Made by a program: the position numbers and the translations under genes
Source: a bacterium
GTDB taxonomy: Bacteria > UBA8248
Assembly (NCBI GenBank): GCA_963692865.2
Contig: OY843592.1
Location: forward strand, 2,496,001-2,560,000
Reading direction: 5' to 3'
Length of the DNA: 64,000 bases
Shown: one piece after another, positions 31,351-43,696 of the stretch
Numbering within the stretch: position 1 is the stretch's first letter
Layout: every line of letters starts with the position of its first letter
Notes under the pieces: generated by a model
Told to the model about the DNA's origin: nothing
The model's database searches: none
Seen by the model: the letters and a program-made list of their open reading frames with translations, nothing else

Positions 31351-31829
31351 CTAGATGAGCGGGCTGCGGCGCGCCGTGATGACGCCGGTCCTCATGCCCG
31401 CCGTGTGCAAACCGCCCCTCAGGCGGCCGTGTTCTATCTTCATGCACCTGTCCATGACGACCAGCAGGCCCGCCGCCCGCGCGCGTTCGGCCTCGGCCTC
31501 GTTCACCACTTCGAATTGCAGCCACAGCGATTTCGCGCCGACTGCTATCGCCTCGTCCACCACCTCCGCAATTTCATCCGGCCTGCGAAACACGTCCACC
31601 ACGTCGGGAGGGTCGGGTATCGAGGCAACGTCGGGGTAGGATTTCCGGCCCAGTACCTGCTCGTATCTCGGGTTCACCGGAATCACTTCGTAGCCCATCC
31701 TCTGGAGGTAGTACCCGACGAAATAGCTCGGCCTCGATTCGTTCGCCGACAGCCCCACCATCGCCACGCGGCGGTGGTTTCTGAGGATGCGGCGTATCGT
31801 GCGCGGGTTCTGGAATTCGGGAAATGTCA

Positions 31830-31830
<1 letters not shown>
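31351..31830 (-). CDS. CoA-binding protein (YccU-like)
   Basis: VAMVGLS....RPSY.V..YL...GY.VIPVNP, DVVDVFRR, LWLQ, VMDRC; start overlaps metY stop. Confidence 0.9.
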
Positions 31831-33682
<1,852 letters not shown>

Positions 33683-33731
33683 GTTTTCGTGATTCGTCAC
33701 GTCGTCAACCGACGGGGGAGGAGACAAGACT

Positions 33732-34169
33732 CTCCCCCTGAGTATCTGGCTTCCCGAGGGGAAAGCCGGACGAAGAGGCCGAGCGGTTTACGCGAAGGCC
33801 GATTCGGTGGGGGGACATGCCACTGAATAAAAATCTCCCCCCACCAACTCGCCCGCGGGCTTCGCCCTTGTCTCGTTGACTCCCCCTCAAAAGAAGCTGT
33901 TGAAAAACTCTTCTCCGCCTCATCCTGAGTAGCGGCGGGGCCGCGCATCGAAGGATGCCCGCTCGCCCCGGCGTGGGGCGTTCGATTCTCCTCGCCCTTC
34001 GACAGGCTCAGGACAGGCCCCTTCGATACGCCGCCTTCGGCGGCTACTCAGGGTGAGGAAAGAGGCGTTGGCGGTTTGCGGGAGTCGAAGACGGGGGCTT
34101 TTTCAACAACCCCCTCAAGGGGGGAGTGAAATTGAGTGCGCTCCTTCTGTGGACTTTTTCAACAACCCC
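33732..34169. repeat. Family-A long palindrome (reverse orientation) interrupted by a TIR element
   Basis: Homologous to 26951-27133 and 41972-42160; arm split at CCCCTCAA and resumed at 34111; extra TIR right end at 34156-34169. Confidence 0.7.
33893..34113. mobile_element. TIR element carrying family-B palindrome (CATCCTGAGTAGC...GCTACTCAGGGTG)
   Basis: GAAGCTGTTGAAAA...TTTTCAACAACCCC with CTCAA present on both flanks. Confidence 0.7.
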
Positions 34170-34275
34170 CTCCAGGAGGTGAATTCTCATCAGGAGCATT
34201 GATTTTATCTCCCCGGCTGCACCATAATCCCTATCGTGATGATCGCGCCCGCTCCACCACGCCGCATGAAAGACC

Positions 34276-35031
34276 ATGGCCCGGATACTTCTTTGCAACG
34301 ATGACGGCATCGATTCGGAAGGATTAAAGGCTCTCTACGCGGCTCTCGCCCCGCTGGGGGATTTGATCGTCGTCGCCCCGGACAGGGAGCAGAGCGCGGC
34401 GGGACACTCCCTGAGCCTGCATCGCCCCCTGCGCATCAATGAACGGGAGCATAACTGGTTCGCCGTGGACGGCACCCCAACCGACTGCGTGAATCTCGCC
34501 CTGAACGGCCTGTTCAAGAACGAACACCCCGACATGCTCGTCTCCGGCATCAACCGGGGCGGAAACATGGGCGACGACATCACCTACTCGGGAACCGTGG
34601 CCGCCGCGATGGAGGCCACCCTCCTGGGGCTTCCGGCGGTGGCGGTCTCCCTCGCCCACGAGGACGGGGAGACGCTCGATTTTGAGCTGGCGAAAAAAGT
34701 TGCGCGCGCCGCCGCGCGGGAAGTATTATCCCGTGGACTGGAGCCGGGCGTTCTTCTGAACGTCAACGTCCCGAACGTTTCTCCGCAAAAATGCCGGGGA
34801 GAGAAGGTCACCCGCCAGGGCAAGCGCGTTTACGAAGAAGCCATCGTAGAGAAAATCGACCCGCGCGGACGCGAGTATTACTGGATAGGGGGAGGCAGCC
34901 TCCTGTGGAAGGACGAGCCCGACACGGACTTCGAGGCCGTTTCGAACCACCAGGTTTCCATCACCCCCCTGCGGCTCGACCTCACGGACTACGACGCGAT
35001 GAAAGGGCTGGAATCTTGGCGTTTTCATTAA
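34276..35031 (+). CDS. surE: 5'/3'-nucleotidase SurE
   Basis: ILLCNDDG, VAPDREQS, DGTPTDCV, SGINRG.N.G.D..YSGTV.AA. Confidence 0.97.
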   Translation: MARILLCNDDGIDSEGLKALYAALAPLGDLIVVAPDREQSAAGHSLSLHRPLRINEREHNWFAVDGTPTDCVNLALNGLFKNEHPDMLVSGINRGGNMGDDITYSGTVAAAMEATLLGLPAVAVSLAHEDGETLDFELAKKVARAAAREVLSRGLEPGVLLNVNVPNVSPQKCRGEKVTRQGKRVYEEAIVEKIDPRGREYYWIGGGSLLWKDEPDTDFEAVSNHQVSITPLRLDLTDYDAMKGLESWRFH

Positions 35032-35696
35032 GCGGGAGAAGGGAGGACCGCCGGCGCCGCGCGCGCGAGGAGATGGTGGAGGGGCAAATCATCGCCCGCG
35101 GCATCGCGGACGCCCGCGTCGTCGAGGCCTTGCGCGAGGTGCCGAGGCACCATTTCGCGCCCGAGATATTCAGCGAAACCGCCTACGCCGACAAGGCCCT
35201 GCCCATCGGGCACGGGCAGACGATCTCACAGCCCTACATGGTGGCCGCCACGCTCGAGGCTCTGGAACTCAAGGGCGGGGAGAAGGTGCTTGAGATCGGG
35301 GCGGGTTCGGGTTACCTTACCGCGCTTTTGGGGAGGCTCGCGGGCTCCGTCCGCGCGATCGAGCGGGTGCCCGAACTGGCGGTGAGGGCCAGGGAGCGGC
35401 TTGATTCTTTCGGCCTGACGAATTATATGCTCTGGACGGCGGACGGCACCTACGGGTGGCCGGAGGAGGCGCCCTTCGACGTCATCGTGAGCGCGGCGTC
35501 GGCGCCCCGCGTCCCGGAGCCCTGGAAGCGGCAGATAGCCCCCGGCGGGCGCATCGTCATGCCCCTGGGGGAGGGGGAGAGGCAGACTCTCGTACGATAC
35601 CGCGTCTCCCGGACCGGCGAGATACTTGCCCCCGAGAAGTTGGTGAACTGCGTTTTCGTGAAACTGGTGGGAAAATACGGCTGGGAGAAACCATAA
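35016..35696 (+). CDS. pcm: Protein-L-isoaspartate O-methyltransferase
   Basis: [40 protein letters not shown]; start uncertain (TTG 35016 or ATG 35073). Confidence 0.93.
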   Translation: MAFSLSGRREDRRRRAREEMVEGQIIARGIADARVVEALREVPRHHFAPEIFSETAYADKALPIGHGQTISQPYMVAATLEALELKGGEKVLEIGAGSGYLTALLGRLAGSVRAIERVPELAVRARERLDSFGLTNYMLWTADGTYGWPEEAPFDVIVSAASAPRVPEPWKRQIAPGGRIVMPLGEGERQTLVRYRVSRTGEILAPEKLVNCVFVKLVGKYGWEKP

Positions 35697-35730
35697 AAAC
35701 GGCGATTCCGCCGTCTGAGGGATTGTGCGT

Positions 35731-35807
<77 letters not shown>

Positions 35808-36098
35808 TTTTCTCATCGCGTCCCATCAGTGGACTTGGGCGGTATGCGAATCTGACCCGGAGATTGCCGGGATCCCGATACTTAAAGTAATACTTCATGT
35901 TTATTCGAAACTATCAAATTAAATTTAATCCTGAAATATCCGATGGATGTCTTTACATACTTATTGAAATACATTGGATATATTGCCGCTCAATGCTAGG
36001 TAATATAAGTGTGAATTTCACGCCGACGGATTCACCTCGCCCCGTTTTCTCTGGCTGAAACGCAACTTGTTCCACGACGAAAAAAAGGAGTTCCGTGC

Positions 36099-36716
36099 GG
36101 GGTTGTGGAAAAGTCCGATTTCGAGAAATGGTGAATGCCATGGACAGGAAAAAGGAAAGACTTCCTCACTGGTGGGGAACGCAACGTTCTTGTGTCGGGG
36201 ACGCATACATGCGTCCCTGCTTTTTCGCCACTCGCCACGGGCCGCATGTATGCGGCCCCTGCAGAACCATCACGATCCGCAAGGGATTGTTGAAAAAATC
36301 CCCGATGAAGAAGGATTTGACACGAACGAGGAGCGGGCGATTGTGTGTTGGTAGCGCGACCTGTCCCTGCGGATTCGATTCAAAACGCGGGAGGTGTGTA
36401 GGGGCGTCGAACTTCCCTCTTCGGAAGTTCGACCGTGGCCGCCCGCATGGGAATATGTCTATCCCCATGGTTGCGCTTCGCATGGACAGGCACGGGGGCC
36501 TGTCCATGCAGCCCTTGCAGCTTTGCTCGTCATTCCGGCGCATGCCGGAATCCAGGGACTTTGCTTTTGTATTTGTTTTTTCGCTTTTTCGTTTTTCCTG
36601 GTCGTCCTGCGATTCGGTATCCCCGTCTGCTCTGGGTTCCGGCTTTCGCCGGAATGACGGTGGAACACTCCCGATTGGGGGCAATAACCCCTTAGGAAGA
36701 CTTCTTCAACAGCCCC
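36099..36716. repeat. REP mosaic with two TIR left ends and one right end
   Basis: Left ends at 36099 and 36283, right end TTCAACAGCCCC ending 36716; GTAG and CGTC doublets; 36528-36716 homologous to 40216-40429; no clear flanking direct repeat. Confidence 0.7.
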
Positions 36717-36743
36717 ATGAACCCCCGGCTTCCCGCACCCCAT

Positions 36744-36780
36744 AAAAAAAAGAGGCGCCCCGTGAGGGACGCCCCCTTTT
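36744..36780 (-). terminator. Intrinsic terminator of metY paralogue 2
   Basis: Minus strand GGGGCGTCCC-TCAC-GGGGCGCCTC followed by T8. Confidence 0.8.
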
Positions 36781-36800
36781 CGTTTCTCTCTTGCGATGCG

Positions 36801-38111
36801 CTACGCCGCGTCCAGAGCCTGCTCGAGATCGGCGATGATGTCGTCGATGTGCTCGATGCCGACCGAAAGCCGCACGTAGCCCGGCGTCACGCCCGTCTGT
36901 TCCTGCTCCTCGGGGCTGAGCTGGGAGTGCGTGGTGCTCGCCGGGTGGATGGCGAGGCTCCTCGAATCTCCGATGTTCGCCACGTGGTAGAACATCTTGA
37001 GCGCGTTGATGAAGTTCTGCCCCGCCTCGTATCCGCCGGTGAGGTCGATTCCGACCAGGCCGCCGTAGCCGCCCTTGAGATACGCATCCGCGCGGCGGCG
37101 GAACTCCCCGTCCATGAGGCCGGGGAAAATCGTGGTGTTCACCTTGGGGTGGGCGTTCAGGTAATCCGCTACGGCGGCGGCGTTTTGGCAGTGGCGCTCC
37201 ATCCGCAGGGGCAGGGTTTCCAGACCCTGCAGGAACAGGAAGGTGTTGAAGGGGCTCATCGCCTGGCCGGAATCGCGCAGGAGCGTGACGCGCGCCTTGA
37301 TGATGTAGGCGATGGGGCCGAGCGGTTTGACGGCTTGGCTCCACACGGCGCCGTGGTAGCTCGGGTCCGGCTGGTTGAGGTAGGGCTGCCTTTCGGGGTG
37401 CGCCTCCCAGTCGAAGTTGCCGGCGTCGATGATGATGCCGCCGATGGAGTTGCCGTGTCCGCCGATGTATTTCGTGCACGATGAGGCGATGACGGCCGCG
37501 CCGTGCTCGAAGGGCTTGCAGAGACCATGCGCCGCCGTGTTGTCCACGATGAGGGGGATCCCCAGCTCGCGCCCGAGGTCGGAAACCTCCCGGATCGGGA
37601 AGACGTGCAGTTTCGGGTTCGGCAGCGTCTCCGCGTAGTAGGCGCGCGTCTTATCGTCCGTCGCCCGGACGAAATTCTCCGGATCTTCCGGGTCCACGAA
37701 ACGGCACTCGATGCCGATGTCCTCCAACTGGTTGGCGAAGAGGTTCCAGGTGCCGCCGTAGAGGTCCGTCGAACTCACGATGTTGTCGCCCGCGCGGGCC
37801 ACGTTCATCACCGCCATCATCGAGGCCGACTGGCCCGAGGATACGGCGAGGCCGCCGACGCCGCCCTCGAGGGCCGCCAGGCGTTTTTCCAGCACGTCGT
37901 TCGTGGGGTTCATGATCCGCGTGTAGATGTTGCCGAGCTCCTTCAGCGCGAAAAGATTCGCCGCGTGGTCCGTGCTGTCGAACTGGTAGGAGGACGTCTG
38001 GTAAATCGGCACGGCCACGGCGTTCGTGGCGGGGTCCTTGCGGTATCCGGCATGAAGGACGATTGATTCATCATTGCTGAGCTCCAGTATCTCCGCTGTT
38101 TCCACGGTCAT
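36801..38111 (-). CDS. metY: O-acetylhomoserine/O-acetylserine sulfhydrylase, paralogue 2
   Basis: [50 protein letters not shown]; ATG 38111. Confidence 0.93.
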   Translation of the reverse strand: MTVETAEILELSNDESIVLHAGYRKDPATNAVAVPIYQTSSYQFDSTDHAANLFALKELGNIYTRIMNPTNDVLEKRLAALEGGVGGLAVSSGQSASMMAVMNVARAGDNIVSSTDLYGGTWNLFANQLEDIGIECRFVDPEDPENFVRATDDKTRAYYAETLPNPKLHVFPIREVSDLGRELGIPLIVDNTAAHGLCKPFEHGAAVIASSCTKYIGGHGNSIGGIIIDAGNFDWEAHPERQPYLNQPDPSYHGAVWSQAVKPLGPIAYIIKARVTLLRDSGQAMSPFNTFLFLQGLETLPLRMERHCQNAAAVADYLNAHPKVNTTIFPGLMDGEFRRRADAYLKGGYGGLVGIDLTGGYEAGQNFINALKMFYHVANIGDSRSLAIHPASTTHSQLSPEEQEQTGVTPGYVRLSVGIEHIDDIIADLEQALDAA

Positions 38112-38239
38112 TTCCAAAACCCTCTCTCTAAAAGAAAAGATAGCGGCAGGGGATCGAGAGGCCTTGCAGGAAACTCGCAACCCCTGCCGTTTTGAAGACA
38201 CAAAGATGCGAATCTACACAAAATCAATGGATTCGGCAA
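38112..38239 (-). promoter_or_regulatory. Promoter and structured 5' leader of metY paralogue 2
   Basis: TTGCCG-N17-TAGATT (38239-38211); 9-bp stem CGGCAGGGG/CCCCTGCCG (38189-38144) followed by T-rich tract and SD. Confidence 0.5.
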
Positions 38240-38400
38240 ATACAATTCCAGCAAGGGCGCAACACGTCCATATCGCCCGAGCGGTTGACCCGGCACGGCT
38301 CCTGCATGAATATAGCGCGCTGAATCCGGCGTCATATCCGTTCGAAAACGGCGAGGGAAATGCTCGCCCCATCACACACACGAAAGGAGAAGGCAGCGTC

Positions 38401-39588
38401 ATGAGAAGACAGGCGTCACGCGCGAACCAGAACTGGATTTTCGATAATTTCCTGAAACTCTCGGACAACGAAGACGTTCTCCACCCCGGCATCATGGGCA
38501 CGCGCTACGAGAGGGGTTTCCGGCACCAGGACCTGGAGGCCGTCTACTCGCGGGTCTCGGGCCGCCGCTCCATCCCGCTTCTGTGGGGAAAACAGGCCGC
38601 CCTGCAGGAGAAGAAGGCGCGCGCGGCGGAAGAGGCGGGAAACCGCGTGACCGCCGCCATGCACTACAACCGCGCGGGCCTTTGCTACGGGCGCGGCCAG
38701 CACTTGATCCCCGTGGACGGGCATCCGCGGAAGAAGGAATACTACGCGGGCGTCTCTCGCTGTTTCGAGAAGATGCGCGAAATGAGGGGCGGCGACATCC
38801 AGAAACACCAGGTGGAGTTCGACCCCGGCAAGAACGCGTACTTCTATTACTGGCCCCAGGCAGGCGATGAGCCCAGGCCCACCGTACTGCTCATCCCCGG
38901 CATGGACATGATCAAGGAAGACGGCCTGTTGCCCTACAACAACTGGTTTCACGCGCGCGGTATGAACTTCGCCATCATGGACGGACCGGGGCAGGGCGAG
39001 TGCAACATCAACCAGGTGTGGGTGGATCACCACAACTACGCGCGCGCGGGCAGCAGGGTCATCGACTGGCTCGCCGAGCGCGAGGAGGTGGATTCCTCCA
39101 GAATAGGCATCATGGGCATGAGCATGGGCAGCCGCTGGACGGTGGAAATCGCCGCCCAGGACGAGCGCGTCAACACCGTCGTCGGCCAGATGGCGAACGT
39201 GGGGCCTTCGGACATCATCTTCGACCAGGCCCAGCCCAACTTCAAGCGCATCTACATGTACATGACGAACATTCTCGACGAGGATGCGTTCGACGAATTC
39301 GTCGAGGAGCGCGACGCCATCTGGCTGCCCCTGGTGGGGGAGATGAAGTCGAACTACCTCCTCGTGGCGGGCGACATGGACGAGCTCTGCACGCCCGACG
39401 ACATCGACGTCTTCTTCGAGCACCTCACCTGCCCGCGCGAGCTATGGCTCTACGAGGGTGTTTTCCATCCCATGGGCGAGGTCGCGGCGGACATGTACCC
39501 CGCCATCGCGGACTGGATGCTGCACACGCTGGAGGGCGGCCTGCCCGCGGACCACGACAAGCGGGTGATCGTCCCGGAAGGGGGGTAA
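38401..39588 (+). CDS. Alpha/beta hydrolase (FrsA / 2,6-dihydroxypseudooxynicotine hydrolase-like)
   Basis: PGMD..KE, DGPGQGE, nucleophile elbow GMSMG, GD.DEL, FH; SD AGGAG. Confidence 0.8.
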   Translation: MRRQASRANQNWIFDNFLKLSDNEDVLHPGIMGTRYERGFRHQDLEAVYSRVSGRRSIPLLWGKQAALQEKKARAAEEAGNRVTAAMHYNRAGLCYGRGQHLIPVDGHPRKKEYYAGVSRCFEKMREMRGGDIQKHQVEFDPGKNAYFYYWPQAGDEPRPTVLLIPGMDMIKEDGLLPYNNWFHARGMNFAIMDGPGQGECNINQVWVDHHNYARAGSRVIDWLAEREEVDSSRIGIMGMSMGSRWTVEIAAQDERVNTVVGQMANVGPSDIIFDQAQPNFKRIYMYMTNILDEDAFDEFVEERDAIWLPLVGEMKSNYLLVAGDMDELCTPDDIDVFFEHLTCPRELWLYEGVFHPMGEVAADMYPAIADWMLHTLEGGLPADHDKRVIVPEGG

Positions 39589-39613
39589 GGCGCAGACGCG
39601 GACCCCCGGAGAG

Positions 39614-40429
39614 GGGGTTGTCGGAAAAGCCTCCAGGGGGGAAGGGAATCCCGATCATCGAATTCTTCACCGCCAGGACAGGCCCCTGTGCCTGTCCTGG
39701 CGAAGCACAACCGCGGGGACAGACATCTTCGATACGGGCGACCGCGGGGGCCGCCCCTACGTTACAAACCGCGATGGGTATATATTCTCTTCCCGGTCGG
39801 CTCCACAACGCCGAGCCACGAAACCGGCTGATTTCCCGCGTCCCTCGATACGACGCTTACGCGCCTACTCGGGATGAGGGTGTTTTAGTTTCCTCACCCT
39901 GAGTAGCCGCCGGAGGTCAAACGCGACTGATGAGGGGGTGTTGAAAAACCCCTTGCGAGCCGGCCGGGATCTCACCGTAGGGGCCGCATATCATGCGGCC
40001 CTGCCTTGTCGCCTTCACAATACGGGTCGCATGATATGTCAGACATATATGTCTGACCTGCCAAACTCTGCGAAACGAAACGCAGGGGCGGATCTGTGTG
40101 TCCGCCCGACCCCGGAACAGGGTTTTTCAACAGCCCCGATGAAGGAGCGTTTGTATCGAAGGGCGTCCCCGGACAGGCGCGGGGGCCTGTCCCTGCGGGT
40201 GGATATGGTTTTGATCGTCATTCCGGTGTCAAACCGACCAAGGCGGGAGGGTTCGACGGAATCCGGGGACTTTGTTTTTGAATTTGTCTTTTCGCTTATC
40301 GTTTTTCTTGGTCGTCTTGCGATTCGATATTCTCGTCCGTTCTGGATTCCGGCATTCGCCGGAATGACGGTGAACGCTCTCGATTGGGGAGGGGCGACAC
40401 CCCCTTTGGGAGACTTTTCCGACAACCCC
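39614..40429. mobile_element. Outer composite TIR element (816 bp)
   Basis: 21-bp terminal IR with one mismatch (GGGGTTGTCGGAAAAG[C/T]CTCC); flanks CGGAGAG/GGGTGAG; contains REPs and an inner element. Confidence 0.75.
39934..40137. mobile_element. Inner TIR element inserted in a hairpin loop
   Basis: GGGGGTGTTGAAAA...TTTTCAACAGCCCC with exact direct repeat GATGA on both sides. Confidence 0.8.
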
Positions 40430-40557
40430 GGGTGAGTTGGAGCGCACGTTGATGCGCTCACGAATTGCGTTCCGGCGAGGCGAGGGCTTCTGCGCGACTT
40501 GACGAGACGCGCCCGCCCGCTACAATCAGGAAGAATCAATCGCCCTTGGATTATCGG

Positions 40558-41007
40558 ATGCGAACCATCATCGGCGTCATCGGCGATTCCGATCCGGCTC
40601 CCGAAACGGCCGACCTGGCCGAGGAGGCGGGCGGCGAGATTGCGCGCGCGGGCGCAGTCCTCGTGTGCGGGGGGCTGGGAGGCGTCATGCAGGCCGCGGC
40701 GCGCGGGGCGAAGGAAGCGGGCGGCCTCACGGTGGGCGTCCTGCCCTCGTACGACGCCGGGTCCGCCAACGCGTTCATCGACATCCCTATCGTCACCGGA
40801 ATGGGCCACGCCCGGAACGTCGTCATCGCGGCGACGGCCCACGCGCTCATCGCCATGGCGGGCGCGTACGGCACGCTTTCTGAGATCGCCATCGGCCTCA
40901 AGCTCGGCAAGCGCGTCGTCTCTCTGGGGCGCGACGCAAGCCCCGCGGGAGTCGTCCCGGCGGCGAGCGCCCGCGAGGCCGTGCGGATGGCCCTGGGCGG
41001 CTCATGA
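40558..41007 (+). CDS. LOG/SLOG superfamily protein (TIGR00725-like)
   Basis: IGVIG, LVCGGLGGVM.AA.RGA...GG.TVG.LP, TGMG.ARN, G.YGTLSEI. Confidence 0.88.
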   Translation: MRTIIGVIGDSDPAPETADLAEEAGGEIARAGAVLVCGGLGGVMQAAARGAKEAGGLTVGVLPSYDAGSANAFIDIPIVTGMGHARNVVIAATAHALIAMAGAYGTLSEIAIGLKLGKRVVSLGRDASPAGVVPAASAREAVRMALGGS

Positions 41008-41072
41008 GGGACGCAGTGGACAGGAAGTCATCACGCATCTCGCCCGTTCCGGGTCCGCGGGGCCGGCGCGCC

Positions 41073-41903
41073 ATGCGGCGAAGCGCGTTCGTCTTGTTCC
41101 TCTGTTTCCTTACCGGTTGCGCGCTCGTCGCACCACCCCTGCCGACGCCCAAGCGAACTCACCGCGATGCGGGCGGGGTCCACCACACCGTAAAACGCGG
41201 CGAGAACCTCTGGCGCATCGGGCGCGCCTATGGGGTGGGGGTCGAACAAATCGCCGTCCTGAACGGCATCGACAATCCGGATCGTCTGGAAATCGGCCAG
41301 CGGCTCTTCATACCGGGCGCCAGGAGCAAACACCTCGTACGGAAGAACGTCAGCGCCACTCCGCCCGAACGACGCCCCCGCTGGGCGGCTCCGCGCCCCC
41401 GCAAGTCGCCGCCGCGCCGGAAGGCTTCCGTAAGGCCGACCCGGAAATCCAGCCCGAAGCCGAAAAGCGCCGCCCGGAAGCACCGCGTGAACAAGAGGAG
41501 GACGCCGCACCGCAGGGCGTACGGCAAAAGGCCCAAATTCTCCTGGCCCCTGCGGGGACGCCTGATTCGCCGCTTCAAGGGGAGCGGCAGCCGCAAGGCG
41601 GACGGCATCCTCATCGCCGCCCGCGAGCGCGCCCAGGTCCGGGCCGCCGCTCCCGGCCGCGTCATCTATTCCGATTTCGGCCCCGGAAACCTGGGCCGCC
41701 TCATCATCCTGCGCCACCACGGGGGGGAGTACCACTCCGTTTACGCGAACGTCGCCGAGAATCTCGTGCGCAAGGGGCAGCAGGTTTCGCGCGGCGCGCC
41801 CATCGCGCTCACGGGCCGCACGCCGCGCTTCCGGACCGCGCGCCTTCACTTCGAGATCCGCCATCGCACGCGCCCCAGGAACCCGCTCTCCTATTTGCCG
41901 TAG
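41073..41903 (+). CDS. nlpD: LysM + M23 lipoprotein (NlpD-like amidase activator)
   Basis: Lipobox LTGC, LysM HTVKRGENL..I, Arg/Lys/Pro linker, degenerate M23 (DGILI, YAN, LHFEIR); alternative start 41004. Confidence 0.8.
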   Translation: MRRSAFVLFLCFLTGCALVAPPLPTPKRTHRDAGGVHHTVKRGENLWRIGRAYGVGVEQIAVLNGIDNPDRLEIGQRLFIPGARSKHLVRKNVSATPPERRPRWAAPRPRKSPPRRKASVRPTRKSSPKPKSAARKHRVNKRRTPHRRAYGKRPKFSWPLRGRLIRRFKGSGSRKADGILIAARERAQVRAAAPGRVIYSDFGPGNLGRLIILRHHGGEYHSVYANVAENLVRKGQQVSRGAPIALTGRTPRFRTARLHFEIRHRTRPRNPLSYLP

Positions 41904-41905
41904 AA

Positions 41906-42209
41906 GGGGTTGTTAAAAAAGTCCCGATTTCATGGTTCGGTTTTTGGAATCAACAGATGAGAGAGAAGAACCACTCCCCCCTTGAGGGGGAGTCAACGAG
42001 GCAAGGGCGAAGCCCGCAGGCGAGTTGGTGGGGGGTAGAATTCGGAATGGCGATCAAACACGTTTTACCCCCACCGAATCGGCCTTCGCAAAAATCGCTC
42101 GGCCTCTTCGTCGGGCTTTCCCCTCGGGAAGCCCGACCCTCAAGGGGGAGTGAATTTCAAAAGAGTGCGTGTAACCAAATTCACTCTACAGGGGTTTTTC
42201 AACAGATCC
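41906..42209. mobile_element. TIR element carrying a family-A palindrome
   Basis: GGGGTTGTTAAAAA...TTTTCAACAGATCC; flanks TAGAA/TGGAA, the left one including the nlpD stop codon. Confidence 0.7.
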
Positions 42210-42365
42210 TGGAATTCATGGGTTATCGTGATGACATGCCGTGATGAGGATGCTATGTAGGGTTCTCTCGTCCGCCGGATTCGAAACCGGGGTAGATGCC
42301 GCACCACACACGGCACGGAACGCCGTGAGGCGGCGAAAACGCTTTCATCCGCGAGGGGTAGATTC

Positions 42366-42893
42366 ATGTCCGACATCAGCCGGCTTCTGGCGCACGTTCG
42401 CGACGTGCCCGACTTCCCGAAAGAGGGCATTCTGTTCAAGGACATCACGCCCATGCTCCAGAACGCCGAGGCCTTTCAGCAGGCGGTGGACATGGCGGCG
42501 GAGCCCTTGATGGGGGAGGGGATCGACGTCGTTCTGGGCGTCGAGGCGCGCGGCTTCATCATCGGAGCGCCCCTGGCCTACAAACTCGGCGCGGGCTTCG
42601 CCCTGGTGCGAAAGGCGGGGAAGCTCCCCTGGGAGAAGACCCGGGCCGCCTATGAACTCGAATACGGCGCGGACGCGCTCGAAATCCACAAGGACGCCGT
42701 CGCGCCCGGCATGAAGGTGCTGATCGCAGACGACGTGCTCGCCACGGGCGGCACCGCCGCCGCCTGCATATCGCTCGTGGAATCGCTCGGCGGGAGCATC
42801 CACGGCTTTTCATTCCTCATCGAGCTCGCGTTCCTGAACGGACGGGAAAAACTCGCTCCACACCACGTTCGCTCTCTGATAACATACGACTGA
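42366..42893 (+). CDS. apt: Adenine phosphoribosyltransferase
   Basis: PDFPK.GILFKDIT, EARGF, RK.GKLP, YELEYG, DDVLATGGT. Confidence 0.97.
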   Translation: MSDISRLLAHVRDVPDFPKEGILFKDITPMLQNAEAFQQAVDMAAEPLMGEGIDVVLGVEARGFIIGAPLAYKLGAGFALVRKAGKLPWEKTRAAYELEYGADALEIHKDAVAPGMKVLIADDVLATGGTAAACISLVESLGGSIHGFSFLIELAFLNGREKLAPHHVRSLITYD

Positions 42894-42918
42894 CGCGCCT
42901 CGCCGCGCGCGGCTCCTG

Positions 42919-42995
42919 GCCCCCGTAGCTCAGCAGGATAGAGCGCCGGATTCCTAATCCGTAGGCCGCAGGTTCGAATCCTGCCGGGGGTACCA
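42919..42995 (+). tRNA. tRNA-Arg (CCT)
   Basis: GCCCCCGTAGCTCAGCAGGATAGAGCG-CCGGA-TT CCT AA-TCCGT...GGTTCGAATCC...CGGGGGTACCA. Confidence 0.96.
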
Positions 42996-43157
42996 GAAAC
43001 CTAACTCCTCACTGTTGGTATTTCCCAAGAACTAGGCCTCCTGTGATTTGAAAATCAATTCTCCTTGACAGCCTAACTGGCCTTTTCTATATCATCCAAT
43101 CGACCTAGGAATTACATGTAATTCCTTTTTTCATACCTTTACACGAGGAAATTTCTG

Positions 43158-43652
43158 ATGCGTATTTTGCTCACTGTTTGTTGTTTGTTAATTGCCTCCG
43201 GCTGCGCGACCTTTGTTTCCGGCACCTCACAATCCATCTTGGTCGATGTCATTAACGCAAAAGGTGCATCATGCACTGGTATCGACAAGCGAGGCAGACG
43301 ATATCACTGGGTCAATACTCCTAGCGCGACGACGGTTCATAAAGGAGACGGACCAATGGTTTTAACGTGTGAGAAAAAAGGTTTCAAAAAAACAACGCAC
43401 TCATTCGATGAAACTTTAGTCGCCTCTACTTTGGGAAACATCATTCTCGGTGGAGGCATCGGGATTTTGGTCGACGCCGCAAGTGGCGCTGCGCAGGAAT
43501 ATCCGACCAAAGTAAGTGTCATCATGGAGCCTGAGGATTCGGCATCCGATAGCCTCAAAAAGCAGTACCAGGAGTTGAAAAAAGAATTGGCCGAAAAAAT
43601 GAAGAAGGAAAAAGAGGCAGAGAAGAAAGAAATCTCTGAGGCAGGAAAATAA
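43158..43652 (+). CDS. Hypothetical lipoprotein
   Basis: Lipobox ASGC, GNIILGGGIG..VD..SGA...YP motif, charged C-terminal helix; SD GAGG; lower GC than neighbours. Confidence 0.75.
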   Translation: MRILLTVCCLLIASGCATFVSGTSQSILVDVINAKGASCTGIDKRGRRYHWVNTPSATTVHKGDGPMVLTCEKKGFKKTTHSFDETLVASTLGNIILGGGIGILVDAASGAAQEYPTKVSVIMEPEDSASDSLKKQYQELKKELAEKMKKEKEAEKKEISEAGK

Positions 43653-43696
43653 GAGCCTGATTTTCGAGATTCATGTGAAGAAATTGTTTTAGTTCC

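Larger units (their letters stand above)
29784..31352. mobile_element. Putative outer composite TIR element enclosing two inner elements and a small passenger gene
   Basis: Left GGGGTTGTCGGAAAA (29784), right TTTTCGACAAGCCT (ends 31352); flanking repeat only 3/5, so pairing of the ends is tentative. Confidence 0.4.
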
